Positions 8,118 to 17,086 of a stretch of 32,000 bases of DNA are shown here, one piece after another; position 1 is the first letter of the stretch, and each line of letters begins with the position of its first letter. Both the position numbers and the translations under genes were made by a program. This stretch comes from Pirellula staleyi DSM 6068 (GTDB taxonomy: Bacteria; Planctomycetota; Planctomycetia; Pirellulales; Pirellulaceae): contig CP001848.1 in assembly GCA_000025185.1 (NCBI GenBank), positions 1,560,001-1,592,000 of the forward strand. Direction: 5' to 3'. The notes beneath the pieces are model-generated. The model saw only the letters and a program-made list of their open reading frames with translations. It did no database searches and was not told the origin of the DNA.

Positions 8118-8201
8118 ACGAGAGGAGCATGGCACCCAGGCTCAACCCAGGTTTGGGCCAGTTTGCGATTCTGGTCTGGTAGAACCGGACCTACTACCAA
8201 G

Positions 8202-8864
8202 CTACGCGCTGCTCCCCTTCATCAGGGGCGTAAGGAGTGTGCGAAGCGCAGCACGCGCGCGATGCAGCCGCGTTTTCACTGCCCCTTCGCTGATTTCAAG
8301 GATGCGAGCCGTTTCAGCGGTGTCGAGTTCCTCGAGATCGCGCAGTAGTAAAATGCTCCGAAAATCGTCCGGGAGTCGATCGATGCACGAGCGGACTTGC
8401 TCGCGCGACTCTTCACTGCAGAGGAGTTCGAGCGGGCTCCGTTTCCAAGCGAGAACACCCCCCTGATGATGACCGGTGGCGTCGAAATGGGGGAGCAGCT
8501 CGTCGAGGCTCACTGTGGGTCGCCGCCGATTTTTCCGGAGCTTCATCAGACAGACGTTCACCGCAATGCGGTGGAGCCAGGTGCCGAGTTCAGCCTCGCC
8601 TCGAAAGTTGCCGAGGCCACGCGCTGCGGCGACAAACGTATCCTGCAGCGCATCGGCGGCATCGTCGTCGCGCCCGAGCATGCGCCGCGCTACGGCCAGC
8701 ACCTGCGCTCCATACTGGCGCACGAGCTGCTCGCTCGCCGCGCGGTCTCCACTGGCTATCGCGCGGGCTAGCTGCTGCGGTTCTCGATCGAGATCCCCTC
8801 GGCTCACAGCAAAACCCTTGGCAGAACTGACGAGCGACAGCAGATCGGTGCGAGAGGGGACCAT
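8202..8864 (-). CDS. ECF-type RNA polymerase sigma-70 family factor
   Basis: 220 aa. Region 2 (DALQDTFVAAARGLGNFRGEAELGTWLHRIAVNVCLMKLRK) and region 4 (LPDDFRSILLLRDLEELDTAETARILEISEGAVKTRLHRARAAL). Confidence 0.85.
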   Translation of the reverse strand: MVPSRTDLLSLVSSAKGFAVSRGDLDREPQQLARAIASGDRAASEQLVRQYGAQVLAVARRMLGRDDDAADALQDTFVAAARGLGNFRGEAELGTWLHRIAVNVCLMKLRKNRRRPTVSLDELLPHFDATGHHQGGVLAWKRSPLELLCSEESREQVRSCIDRLPDDFRSILLLRDLEELDTAETARILEISEGAVKTRLHRARAALRTLLTPLMKGSSA

Positions 8865-9117
8865 CGAGATGGCGGCATGCGATCAGGCCCTACGTGAAGT
8901 TAGTCGAAGCGCGCAACGCCGTTTTCCGCTGAGGATACGACGTTTCCTAACCTTTGGATGCACAAGCTCGCCCAGAATTACAGCAATTTCCATTGTACAT
9001 TTCCTGTCGCCTCGTAACCTGTCATGATGCACGGATATCTAAGAGAAGAGCCACCCTCGGAAAGGTCCCTTTCTCTCGAGCGTGTGCCATTGCAGCACGT
9101 TTTTAGGCGTTACTTCC

Positions 9118-10107
9118 ATGAGTCAGTTATTACCCGACGATCAGCAGCAGTTAGAGCGCGAGGTGACCCCTCCGGAGCTCTATTTCTCACGTCGTAAGTT
9201 GCTCCAAGGAGCTGTCCTCGCGGGGACGCTGGTCGCCACCGGCGGCATCTATCGCGCGGCGTCGCATTCCGAGGAAGAGAAGGTCTCGAGCGAAGGGGTG
9301 ATCGAGCAGCTGGCCCGTCCCGATCAGTTTTCGGCCAGCGCTCTCGGACCCAGTGATGAACTGACCCCCGAAGAAACGATCATCAACTACAACAACTTCT
9401 ACGAATTCACGACCAGCAAGCAGGGCGTAGCGCGACTCGCACGCGATTTTCGCACCGACGGCTGGTCGATCAAAATCGATGGGCTTGTCGATAAGCCGCA
9501 AACGATTTCGCTCGACGATTTGATGTCGCTCGGTCCGGTCGAAGAGCGAATCTATCGCATGCGCTGCGTCGAAGCGTGGTCGATTGTGGTCCCTTGGGCA
9601 GGCATTCCACTCCATCGCTTGCTCGAAAAAGTTCAGCCGCAGTCGACTGCCAAGTATGTCGCGTTCGAAACCCTGTTTGATCCCGTGCGTATGCCGAATC
9701 AAAACTCGGGAGTGCTAGACTGGCCGTATCTCGAGGGCCTTCGACTCGACGAAGCGATGCATCCACTCACGCTGCTGGCGACCGGGCTCTACGGCAAAGC
9801 GATGCCGCCGCAAGATGGTGCGCCGGTGCGGCTCGTCATTCCGTGGAAGTATGGGTTCAAAGGGATCAAGTCGATCGTCCGCATTTCACTCACTGCGACC
9901 GAGCCGGTTTCGACCTGGAACCGGATGGCGCCGTATGAGTATGGCTTCTACGCCAACGTGAACCCCGAGGTACCTCATCCGCGCTGGAGCCAGGCGACCG
10001 AGCAGCGACTCGGAGAATTTGGACGTCGCGACACGCTGATGTTCAACGGCTATGGCGAGCAAGTGGCATCGCTCTACGAAGGGATGAACCTGGAAGTCAA
10101 CTTTTAG
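9118..10107 (+). CDS. msrP: Periplasmic protein-methionine-sulfoxide reductase, molybdopterin catalytic subunit MsrP (YedY)
   Basis: Near-colinear with E. coli MsrP as I recall it ([77 protein letters not shown]). Tat signal [13 protein letters not shown]. The track ORF starts at GTG 9082; ATG 9118 is preferred. Confidence 0.9.
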   Translation: MSQLLPDDQQQLEREVTPPELYFSRRKLLQGAVLAGTLVATGGIYRAASHSEEEKVSSEGVIEQLARPDQFSASALGPSDELTPEETIINYNNFYEFTTSKQGVARLARDFRTDGWSIKIDGLVDKPQTISLDDLMSLGPVEERIYRMRCVEAWSIVVPWAGIPLHRLLEKVQPQSTAKYVAFETLFDPVRMPNQNSGVLDWPYLEGLRLDEAMHPLTLLATGLYGKAMPPQDGAPVRLVIPWKYGFKGIKSIVRISLTATEPVSTWNRMAPYEYGFYANVNPEVPHPRWSQATEQRLGEFGRRDTLMFNGYGEQVASLYEGMNLEVNF

Positions 10108-10220
10108 TAGCGGCTGTTTTTCTGGAGAAATACAGCAGAAAACGGCCTTTGCAGTGTTCCTTCGCAATGTTCCTTCGCTTCGTCTCTTTGCCCACCTAGC
10201 AGCTTCTGAAATTTGATCCG

Positions 10221-11978
10221 ATGAACGAACTTCGATTCTGGAAACTTGTGGTGATTCTCAACAGCGGAGTTCCGCTGGCGATCTTGGCTTGGGATGCCGC
10301 GCAAGGTTCGCTCGGCGCGAATGCCGTGAGCTATGCCATTCACACCACTGGCTACCTCTCGCTCTTGATGCTGATGTTCTCGCTGATGGTGACACCACTG
10401 CGCTGGCTCACCGGCTGGAACAGTGTGGTGGGAATTCGTCGCGCGCTCGGCGTGTATGCCTTCATCTATGCCGCTGTGCATTTGGCGATCTATTTTACGT
10501 TCGATCGTCAGATGAGCCTCGTGAGCACCGCGACGGAAATCGCGTCGCGCGTCTATCTGATGATTGGCTTTGCCGCACTCTTGCTGATGGCACCACTGGC
10601 GCTGACCTCCACCAGCGCGATGGTGGTCAGGCTTGGCGCGAAGAACTGGAAGCTGCTCCATCGACTCACCTACGTCGTGGCGATTTTGGGAGTGCTCCAC
10701 TTCTACTTGCTGGTGAAGGCCGACGTTGGTGAACCTGTTAGTTTCGCTGCTTTTCTCGCGGTTTTGCTCCTCGCGCGAGTCGTTTGGCCCTACCTCGATC
10801 TCGCACCGCGTCGCAAAAAGATGCTCGCTAAAAAGAGCCTTTCAGCAGAGCCCATGAGCACCGCTGTCAGCACACAGCGCGCGAAGACCAAGGCTTGGAG
10901 TGGCGAACTGGTGGTCGCTTCGATCACGCGTGAAACGCCGAGCGTGCAAACGTTTCGACTACAGCCGATCGAAGGTGGAACTTTGCCGTTTGAATTCGAG
11001 CCGGGTCAATTCCTATCACTCGCGATCGAGATCGCAGGGCGACGTCAGCGCCGGAGTTACACCATCGCCAGTTCCCCTCTCGAGCGCACATTCTGCGAGC
11101 TCACCATCAAGCGCGAAGAGCACGGCACTGTCTCGCGACATCTGCACGACAATCTGCAGCCGGGCGATCGACTGACAGTCACCGCGCCAGCTGGAAAATT
11201 TGTTTTCAGCGGCAAGAGCGCTACGTCTGTTGTGCTGATCGCCGGCGGTGTGGGAATCACCCCGCTGATGTCGATGGCGCGGTACTTAGTCCAGACGAAT
11301 TGGTCGGGCTCGATCGATTTTGTAATCGTCGCCAAGAGCGAAAAAGAGCTGATTTTCCGCCGTGAAATCGAAGCGATGCAGCGCACTTTTTCGCGTCTGC
11401 AGATTCATATTACTCTGTCGCAGGAGATGGACGATTCGAGCTGGAGTGGGAAGCAAGGACGACTCGAAGCGACGTGGCTCTCGTCATGCTGCGCAGATCT
11501 TCGTACGCGGCCGATCTATCTTTGTGGTCCTGATGGAATGATGCAGCAGACGCGCGAAATGCTCCTCGCGCTCGGTGTTCCGCCTGCTAATCTGCACCAA
11601 GAGGCGTTTACTTCCTCGAGTGCTCGCGCCGAAAAAATGGAGCTCGCGCCGGTCGCTGCATCGGCCGCGCGCATGGAACCTGCGCTCCCGACGTTCCTGG
11701 TCGATTCGCCAAGCGCCGAGCATCAAGTGCAGTTCGTGCGGCAGCAAGTGGCGGCCGATGTGCGCGACGATATCACCGTGCTCGAAGCTGCCGAATCGCT
11801 CGGGGTTGCGATCCCCTACGAGTGTCGCGCGGGGGTCTGCGGGCAATGCAAAGTGCGGCTGACGCACGGTCATGTCGCGATGGATTCGCAGTCCGCGCTA
11901 TCACCGCAAGAGAAAGCTTTTGGCTGGATTCTCGCCTGCCAGGCGACACCTCGAACCAATCTCGAAGTCGAGGTGTAA
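10221..11978 (+). CDS. msrQ: MsrQ (YedZ, ferric-reductase-like haem b membrane domain) fused to an FNR-like FAD/NAD(P)H reductase and a C-terminal plant-type 2Fe-2S ferredoxin
   Basis: Residues 1-190 align with E. coli MsrQ, including His87/His147/His160 at the 60- and 13-residue spacing of its haem ligands. Residues ~226-465 carry RRSYTIAS (RxYS FAD motif) and GGVGITP (NAD(P)H motif). Residues ~500-585 carry C535-x4-C540-x2-C543-x29-C573. Confidence 0.85.
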   Translation: MNELRFWKLVVILNSGVPLAILAWDAAQGSLGANAVSYAIHTTGYLSLLMLMFSLMVTPLRWLTGWNSVVGIRRALGVYAFIYAAVHLAIYFTFDRQMSLVSTATEIASRVYLMIGFAALLLMAPLALTSTSAMVVRLGAKNWKLLHRLTYVVAILGVLHFYLLVKADVGEPVSFAAFLAVLLLARVVWPYLDLAPRRKKMLAKKSLSAEPMSTAVSTQRAKTKAWSGELVVASITRETPSVQTFRLQPIEGGTLPFEFEPGQFLSLAIEIAGRRQRRSYTIASSPLERTFCELTIKREEHGTVSRHLHDNLQPGDRLTVTAPAGKFVFSGKSATSVVLIAGGVGITPLMSMARYLVQTNWSGSIDFVIVAKSEKELIFRREIEAMQRTFSRLQIHITLSQEMDDSSWSGKQGRLEATWLSSCCADLRTRPIYLCGPDGMMQQTREMLLALGVPPANLHQEAFTSSSARAEKMELAPVAASAARMEPALPTFLVDSPSAEHQVQFVRQQVAADVRDDITVLEAAESLGVAIPYECRAGVCGQCKVRLTHGHVAMDSQSALSPQEKAFGWILACQATPRTNLEVEV

Positions 11979-12028
11979 GCAGTGGTGCGCGATGGCCTGC
12001 GTTTGATTTTCGCAGCTTCTTTCGCAGC

Positions 12029-12475
12029 CTATTTCGCTTCTTCTTTGGACTCGGGCGGTGCTGCTTTTGCTGCGGCGAGCGGCTTCCCTTCCACGGTCTT
12101 CACCCCGTCGCGCGCGACCGAGACGATGACGTAGCGAAATCCAGGACGTAAGTCGCGCGTCGCGAGTCCGAGGACTTTCAAGTCACCCTCGTCGGTAAGT
12201 CTGACAGTCACACGCAAGCGACTCCCCGAGGTGGTTTGCACCACAACCAGTGCTTTCTCGAAGTCGACCTTCGGCGTTTCGCCAGCGAGCTTCCACGCTT
12301 TCCAAAGTTCCTCGAATTCCTGGGGAGTGCTGATCGCGGTCGAAAACTTTCCCAGCAGTTCGGCATCTTCTACCGAACCGCTGAAGGTCATCAGAGGCTC
12401 GAGCGTTTTGTCTTCCGCCACAGCCGACGACCAGGTGATCCCGAGGAGCAAAAGTGCGAGTAGAGCCGTGCGCAT
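12029..12475 (-). CDS. Hypothetical secreted protein
   Basis: The track ORF extends to 12634. ATG 12475 gives a Sec signal, MRTALLALLLLGITWSSAVA|EDK. No recognised domain. Lys/Glu/Ala-rich C-terminus. Confidence 0.5.
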   Translation of the reverse strand: MRTALLALLLLGITWSSAVAEDKTLEPLMTFSGSVEDAELLGKFSTAISTPQEFEELWKAWKLAGETPKVDFEKALVVVQTTSGSRLRVTVRLTDEGDLKVLGLATRDLRPGFRYVIVSVARDGVKTVEGKPLAAAKAAPPESKEEAK

Positions 12476-12719
12476 GACATGAGTTCCTGAAGGGAGAAGC
12501 GTGGGAAGCGACCGATAAGCAGCAAGCGATGAACGCTGGCAAAAACTCTCTGCGAGCACGTTTCCAATCTTACCGCGCGTCGAGCGAATGGCTGTTAGCG
12601 ACGACGTGACAGATGGGTCTCGCTGCTCAGTCAAGTAGAGACGATGCGGCCGAAGGAAAGGTTTTCAGAGGAGGAGCCGAAAGCGATTTTGTCAGGAGAA
12701 TCTGCTCCGCTTTAGGACT

Positions 12720-13160
12720 TTAGGCCTCTTCGCCCCGCGCTGCCAGGCAGGCGATCAGCTTGCGCAGCAAGCGCGCCATGGCATTGCGATCGGCGGAGGA
12801 GAGATCGTCGTAAAGTGCGGTCACCGCGCCATGTTCGCTCGACAGCAGAATCTGCTTGCAGACCGATTTTCCGTTGGGAGTGAGGTGAATCATCGTCGCC
12901 CGCCGATCGGTGGGGTGAGCTGCACGGAGCACCAGCCCCTCTCCTTCCAGGGCATCGACCAGCTTGGTGATACTGCGTGGAGTTACGCCAAGTTGCACGC
13001 CGAGGTCGCTCATTTTCAGCGATCCCTCGCAGCTCAGGGCCAGCAGCAAACGGGCTCGGGCGGGAGTGGTGCCGGTGTGCTCGAGCTGTTTGGCTAGCCA
13101 GCGTGTGTAGGCTTTTCCAAAGCGTCCCATCATGGCAGCGAGCTCAGCAGAGTCGGTCAT
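12720..13160 (-). CDS. MarR-family transcriptional regulator
   Basis: 146 aa. Winged-helix block MSDLGVQLGVTPRSITKLVDALEGEGLVLRAAHPTDRRATMIHLTPNG. AAGGAA Shine-Dalgarno 5 nt upstream of the ATG. Confidence 0.85.
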   Translation of the reverse strand: MTDSAELAAMMGRFGKAYTRWLAKQLEHTGTTPARARLLLALSCEGSLKMSDLGVQLGVTPRSITKLVDALEGEGLVLRAAHPTDRRATMIHLTPNGKSVCKQILLSSEHGAVTALYDDLSSADRNAMARLLRKLIACLAARGEEA

Positions 13161-13225
13161 CAGTTTCCTTTAGGGTAGCGCAGGCGGCGCGCTCGGTGGG
13201 CTCGACGGAGTCAGCTTGACTCAAT

Positions 13226-13238
13226 TACTAGACTAGTA
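13226..13238. promoter_or_regulatory. Perfect palindrome TACTAG-A-CTAGTA in the marR divergent promoter (candidate MarR operator), overlapping -35/-10-like hexamers
   Basis: TTGACT at 13216..13221 and TACAAT at 13237..13242 (15-nt spacer), or CAATAT at 13239..13244 (17-nt spacer). The palindrome lies between and over them. Confidence 0.4.
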
Positions 13239-13311
13239 CAATATCCGCCAAGACCACTACTTGGCTTTCCCCTCACGGCGTGCGTCTGCACGCCAGACTT
13301 TGGAGTTTGTC

Positions 13312-15222
13312 ATGCCCGATCCCTTCAAGCAAGCTCCCAGTGTGGCAGGGGCCGAAAACCGCGAAAGTAGCCAAAAAATCCCAGAAAACCAGGTGTCGAG
13401 TGATCTGAGCACGAGTGCGCCGCAAGAATCGACGCAGCTAGCTTCGCACACGCCGCGCCTCTGGCCCGCCGTGGTGATCGTCGCGCTACTCTGGGTCGCG
13501 CGGATCGTGGCCAGCACCGTTTTCTCCGGAACTCCGACCGAGTTCATGACTATGCTCTTCGCGCCGATGGCGGCGACCGTGGTCCTGTTTTTGTGGTGGC
13601 TTGGGCTCTCGAAGCTCGCTTGGATCGACCGCCTGTGGGGCATCTTCATCGTGGTCATCGTTGGCGCGATTGCCGGTCAGCTGATCGATAAGTCGATGCC
13701 GCTCGGGATGGTGATGTTTGCGCTGCCGGTGGTGCTGACGATCGTCGTGGCCTGGCTTGTGGTAACGCGCGGCGCGAACTCGTGGAACCATCGCGCGGGG
13801 CTGGCGCTGGTGACTTGTTTAGCGTGGGGCTACTTCACGCTGCTGCGCGTCGATGGTATCGATGGCCACATGAACGTCGATACGCGCTATCGCTGGGAGC
13901 CGACAGCCGAATCGGAGTTTCTCGCGCAGCAAACGAAAACGGCGAGCCCCCCTGCTCTTCCGGCTGCCAGTGCAAACGCGCCTGTAACGCTCGTGGCCAC
14001 GGAGTCCGATTGGCCCGAATTTCGAGGGAAAAACCGTGATTCCCGCCGCGCGGGGGTGATGCTCGCAACCGACTGGAGCAAGTCGCCACCCAAACAACTC
14101 TGGCGACAATTGATCGGTCCCGGGTGGGGCTCGCTGGCAGTCGTCGGCAACTATGTCTTCACGCAGGATCAGCGCGGCGAGAACGAAGCGGTGATCTGTC
14201 TCGATCTTGCGACCGGCAAAGTCCGGTGGCTGTTTGAGCATCCAGCCCGTTTTTGGGAAGTGGTGGCGGGAGCTGGTCCACGCGCCACGCCGACGTTCCA
14301 TGAAGGTCGACTCTACACCTTCGGCGGTAGTGGCAAACTGCATTGCCTCGAAGCTGCCACCGGTGCCGTCATCTGGTCGCGCGATGTCGCGGCAGACGCC
14401 AAGGCCACCGCGCCGCAGTGGGGCTTTTCAAGCTCGCCACTCGTCTTCGAAGGAGTCGTTTGCGTCTTTGCCGGTGGAAGCGAAAACAAGTCGCTGATGA
14501 CCTACGATGCACTTTCGGGCGAGCCCCTCTGGTCGGCTGGCAGCGGCGTGCTGAGCTACAGTTCTCCCCACGCAGCCACGCTGCATGGCCGCTCGCAAAT
14601 TCTGTTTGCCAGCGAACTCGGACTCGAAGCGTACGAACCCAAAACCGGCAAGCTCCTGTGGAATCATCCTTGGAAGCTCGAAGGGATGGCCCGCGTGGTT
14701 CAGCCGCACTTGCTCCCGGGGAACAAAATCCTGATCGGCACCGGCTATGGCAACGGCACGATGCTGATCGAACTCAAACACGACGGCGAGACCTTCACCA
14801 CTGTCGAAGGTTGGCTGACGAAAGAGATGAAGCCTTACTTCAACGACTTTGTGTCGCGCGATGGTGTGCTGTATGGTTTCGACGGCGCGATCTTCGGTGC
14901 GATCGATCTGGCGACCGGCGATCGGCTCTGGAAAAAGGGACGCTACGGGCACGGGCAAGTGCTGCTGGTCGAGCCGCAGGGACTGCTCGTGGTAATTTCC
15001 GAAACCGGTGATCTCGTGCTGCTGGAAGCCAGCGCCGAGAAACATATCGAGCTGGCGAAGATCCGCGCACTTACAGGGAAGACCTGGAACCATCCGGTGC
15101 TGGTCGGCAACAAGCTGCTGCTCCGCAACGGAACGGAAGTCGCCTGCTACGAGCTCGCCACTCAGCCCGCCGAGCTGTCGGCTGTTTCAACCAACGCTGA
15201 GGCACCCCGATCCGCGCGGTAG
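13312..15222 (+). CDS. Polytopic membrane protein with C-terminal PQQ-like (BamB-type) beta-propeller domain
   Basis: The track ORF starts at TTG 13261. ATG 13312 has GGAG 9 nt upstream. About 5 hydrophobic helices in the first 210 aa. Then DWPEFRGKNRDSR and repeated W-containing propeller blades (VICLDLATGKVRW, HCLEAATGAVIW, YDALSGEPLW, YEPKTGKLLW, IDLATGDRLW). Confidence 0.75.
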   Translation: MPDPFKQAPSVAGAENRESSQKIPENQVSSDLSTSAPQESTQLASHTPRLWPAVVIVALLWVARIVASTVFSGTPTEFMTMLFAPMAATVVLFLWWLGLSKLAWIDRLWGIFIVVIVGAIAGQLIDKSMPLGMVMFALPVVLTIVVAWLVVTRGANSWNHRAGLALVTCLAWGYFTLLRVDGIDGHMNVDTRYRWEPTAESEFLAQQTKTASPPALPAASANAPVTLVATESDWPEFRGKNRDSRRAGVMLATDWSKSPPKQLWRQLIGPGWGSLAVVGNYVFTQDQRGENEAVICLDLATGKVRWLFEHPARFWEVVAGAGPRATPTFHEGRLYTFGGSGKLHCLEAATGAVIWSRDVAADAKATAPQWGFSSSPLVFEGVVCVFAGGSENKSLMTYDALSGEPLWSAGSGVLSYSSPHAATLHGRSQILFASELGLEAYEPKTGKLLWNHPWKLEGMARVVQPHLLPGNKILIGTGYGNGTMLIELKHDGETFTTVEGWLTKEMKPYFNDFVSRDGVLYGFDGAIFGAIDLATGDRLWKKGRYGHGQVLLVEPQGLLVVISETGDLVLLEASAEKHIELAKIRALTGKTWNHPVLVGNKLLLRNGTEVACYELATQPAELSAVSTNAEAPRSAR

Positions 15223-15259
15223 TTGGCTGGTTATCGAGCCACGAATCGTTACCCGCGAG

Positions 15260-15286
15260 CTGCCGATTTCGCTGCAGAATCGGCAG
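15260..15286 (+). terminator. Hairpin downstream of the beta-propeller gene (weak terminator candidate)
   Basis: ctgccgat (15260..15267) pairs with atcggcag (15279..15286) across an 11-nt loop. No adjacent U tract. Confidence 0.3.
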
Positions 15287-16084
15287 AAAGTCGATGAAAT
15301 TTTCGTAATCATCGCCGAAGCCCAAAACTGAATGGAAACTTAAGCACCATTGCCTCAAAAGGGGTAGAGCCTTCGCTAGGGCTGCGAGTGGTCGTGTTTA
15401 GTCAATTCTTACGTTGTCGTAACCTCCGTAGCCCGGTTTTGACCCAATCACCCAGTTTTGGGGTTAATAACTCCGTCGGGTGATAGAAGCAGTCTCTGTG
15501 GGCATCTGAATCGCGTTTTGAACTCCCCAATGGTGCGGTTTCCCGGCTGGCTTCCTGATAGCTGGTTCTAATCTGCGTACCGGCGAGCGGTCGACCGCTC
15601 AATTCCGCGCATTTCGCTCCCTGGGTTTTGCAGCGAAATACAACAGCCTAGTTGTGGGGCCATAATTCCCATTGAAAAAATCTTGACAAACCCGTGGCCT
15701 TCCCTGCCTTCTAAGGGTAGAATCAGTGACATAGGACATGAGAGAAGGGCTACGGCTGTGCTGCTGGTGAACCGGCGAGTGAGTTGTCGCTACGGGAAAA
15801 TCAGACGGCACTAGCCACTCTGGTCGATGATCGATCGTGTCTTACCATTTCACCGTTTTGCTCTCGACCGGAACATCGAGCGCAACAGCAGGTGAATGTT
15901 TTTAGCGACCTTGGCTCCTATCCAAGTTCGTTAATCTGTTGCCCCCAACACCTCTCCCCTCTTAGCTACGCGCTGCAAAGTGCGTGCACTTATACGTCCC
16001 TTTTTCAGGGGTGGGTGCGGGGTGTGATTGGCATGTCGCGGTGTTCGTTTTCATTCATTTTCTTGATTCGAGGATGGTGTCTCT

Positions 16085-17086
16085 ATGTTGAATCGTTCGC
16101 AATGGATCAGCCGCAAAGGTTTCACACTCGTCGAACTGCTCGTGGTGATCGCGATCATCGGCGTGCTCGTGGCTTTGCTCCTCCCAGCTGTGCAGGCCGC
16201 TCGCGAAGCAGCCCGCCGCAGCCAGTGCTCGAATAACCTGAAGCAAATCGGCATCGCGCTGCACAACTTCCACGACACCTTCGGCAAGTTTCCCGTCGGT
16301 GCCATCGACGACGACAATCGCAGCTTCGCTTGGCGCACCTACATCCTTCCCTACGTCGAACAGACCGCCATGTACGACCAACTGGTCGCCCAAGGTCTCT
16401 ACATTCCACCAAACATGGGTGGATCGGACACGCCGAATGTCGACGGTTTCAACACCATCAACAACTTCGTCGAAACCAATATCGGCGACTCGACCAACAC
16501 GGTGGTCGGCACGCTGATGAAGACCAAGATGGCCTTCTACACCTGCCCTTCGGACGTCCTGCCACAGTTCGACAACAACGGCTACGGCAAAGCTAACTAC
16601 TGCGCCAGCGTTGGTCCGAACGTCGACCCAACCAACTGGGCCGGCTGCGCTGTGCTCAAGGGTGATCGTCTCGGTGGCATCATGGTTCCATCGAACGACA
16701 ACGTGAAGAACTACCCCAGCACGTTTGCTTCGATCATCGATGGCTCGAGCAACACCATCATGGTGGGCGAAGTGACCGAGTCGGAAGCTGTTCGCACCAA
16801 CAACACCGGTGACGGACGCTACCCCATCTGGCCAGGTGGAAACAACAACGGCGGTTGCAACGGTGTGAACGGCTCGGGTGCCGTGTTCCGTGCCACCGAC
16901 GCAGCCTACTTCATCAACCGCAAGGTTGGCGATGAATCGAACATGAGCTTCGGCAGCAAGCACCCCAACGGTGCCATGTTTGGCCTCGGCGATGCTTCGG
17001 TTCGCTTCGTTTCGCAAACGATCGACAGCACGGTGTACTACGCTGCTGGTACCAAGGCTGGTGGCGAGTCGCTGCAACTCCCTTAG
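16085..17086 (+). CDS. DUF1559 (H-X9-DG) protein with prepilin-type N-terminal cleavage/methylation domain
   Basis: [54 protein letters not shown] is the hallmark planctomycetal DUF1559 N-terminus. C-terminal [22 protein letters not shown] lies 10 nt upstream of the ATG. Confidence 0.9.
   Translation: MLNRSQWISRKGFTLVELLVVIAIIGVLVALLLPAVQAAREAARRSQCSNNLKQIGIALHNFHDTFGKFPVGAIDDDNRSFAWRTYILPYVEQTAMYDQLVAQGLYIPPNMGGSDTPNVDGFNTINNFVETNIGDSTNTVVGTLMKTKMAFYTCPSDVLPQFDNNGYGKANYCASVGPNVDPTNWAGCAVLKGDRLGGIMVPSNDNVKNYPSTFASIIDGSSNTIMVGEVTESEAVRTNNTGDGRYPIWPGGNNNGGCNGVNGSGAVFRATDAAYFINRKVGDESNMSFGSKHPNGAMFGLGDASVRFVSQTIDSTVYYAAGTKAGGESLQLP

Noticed and set aside
6440-9060. Shared TCTAAGA heptamer upstream of both the Met-rich gene (inverted) and msrP, considered as a possible common ECF promoter element.
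   Set aside because: A single 7-mer shared in either orientation between two spacers of about 150-250 bp is expected by chance. No GGAAC/CGTT-type ECF -35/-10 pair with proper spacing could be supported.
15555-15585. TPP-riboswitch-like string CCTGATAGCTGGTTCTAATCTGCGTA.
   Set aside because: The CTGG/CCAG pairing and the upstream CTGAGA element of the THI box are missing.
15683-15723. Perfect TTGACA and TAGAAT hexamers upstream of the DUF1559 gene.
   Set aside because: They are separated by 29 nt, which is incompatible with a sigma70 promoter. No suitable partner hexamer lies at 16-18 nt from either one.
15402-15811. Two overlapping minus-strand ORFs (66 and 70 aa) that could suggest a small toxin-antitoxin-like pair.
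   Set aside because: There is no Shine-Dalgarno or plausible promoter, the composition is unlike real proteins, and I recognise no family. The region is better explained as non-coding structured sequence.
15740-15830. Cobalamin-riboswitch-like fragments (GGTGAACCGG, GGGAAAATCAG, GCCACTCTGG).
   Set aside because: The order and spacing do not fit the aptamer core (no GGGAA-N-GGTGnnAAnCC unit), and there is no B12 box. Compare the much better match at 29868..29994.
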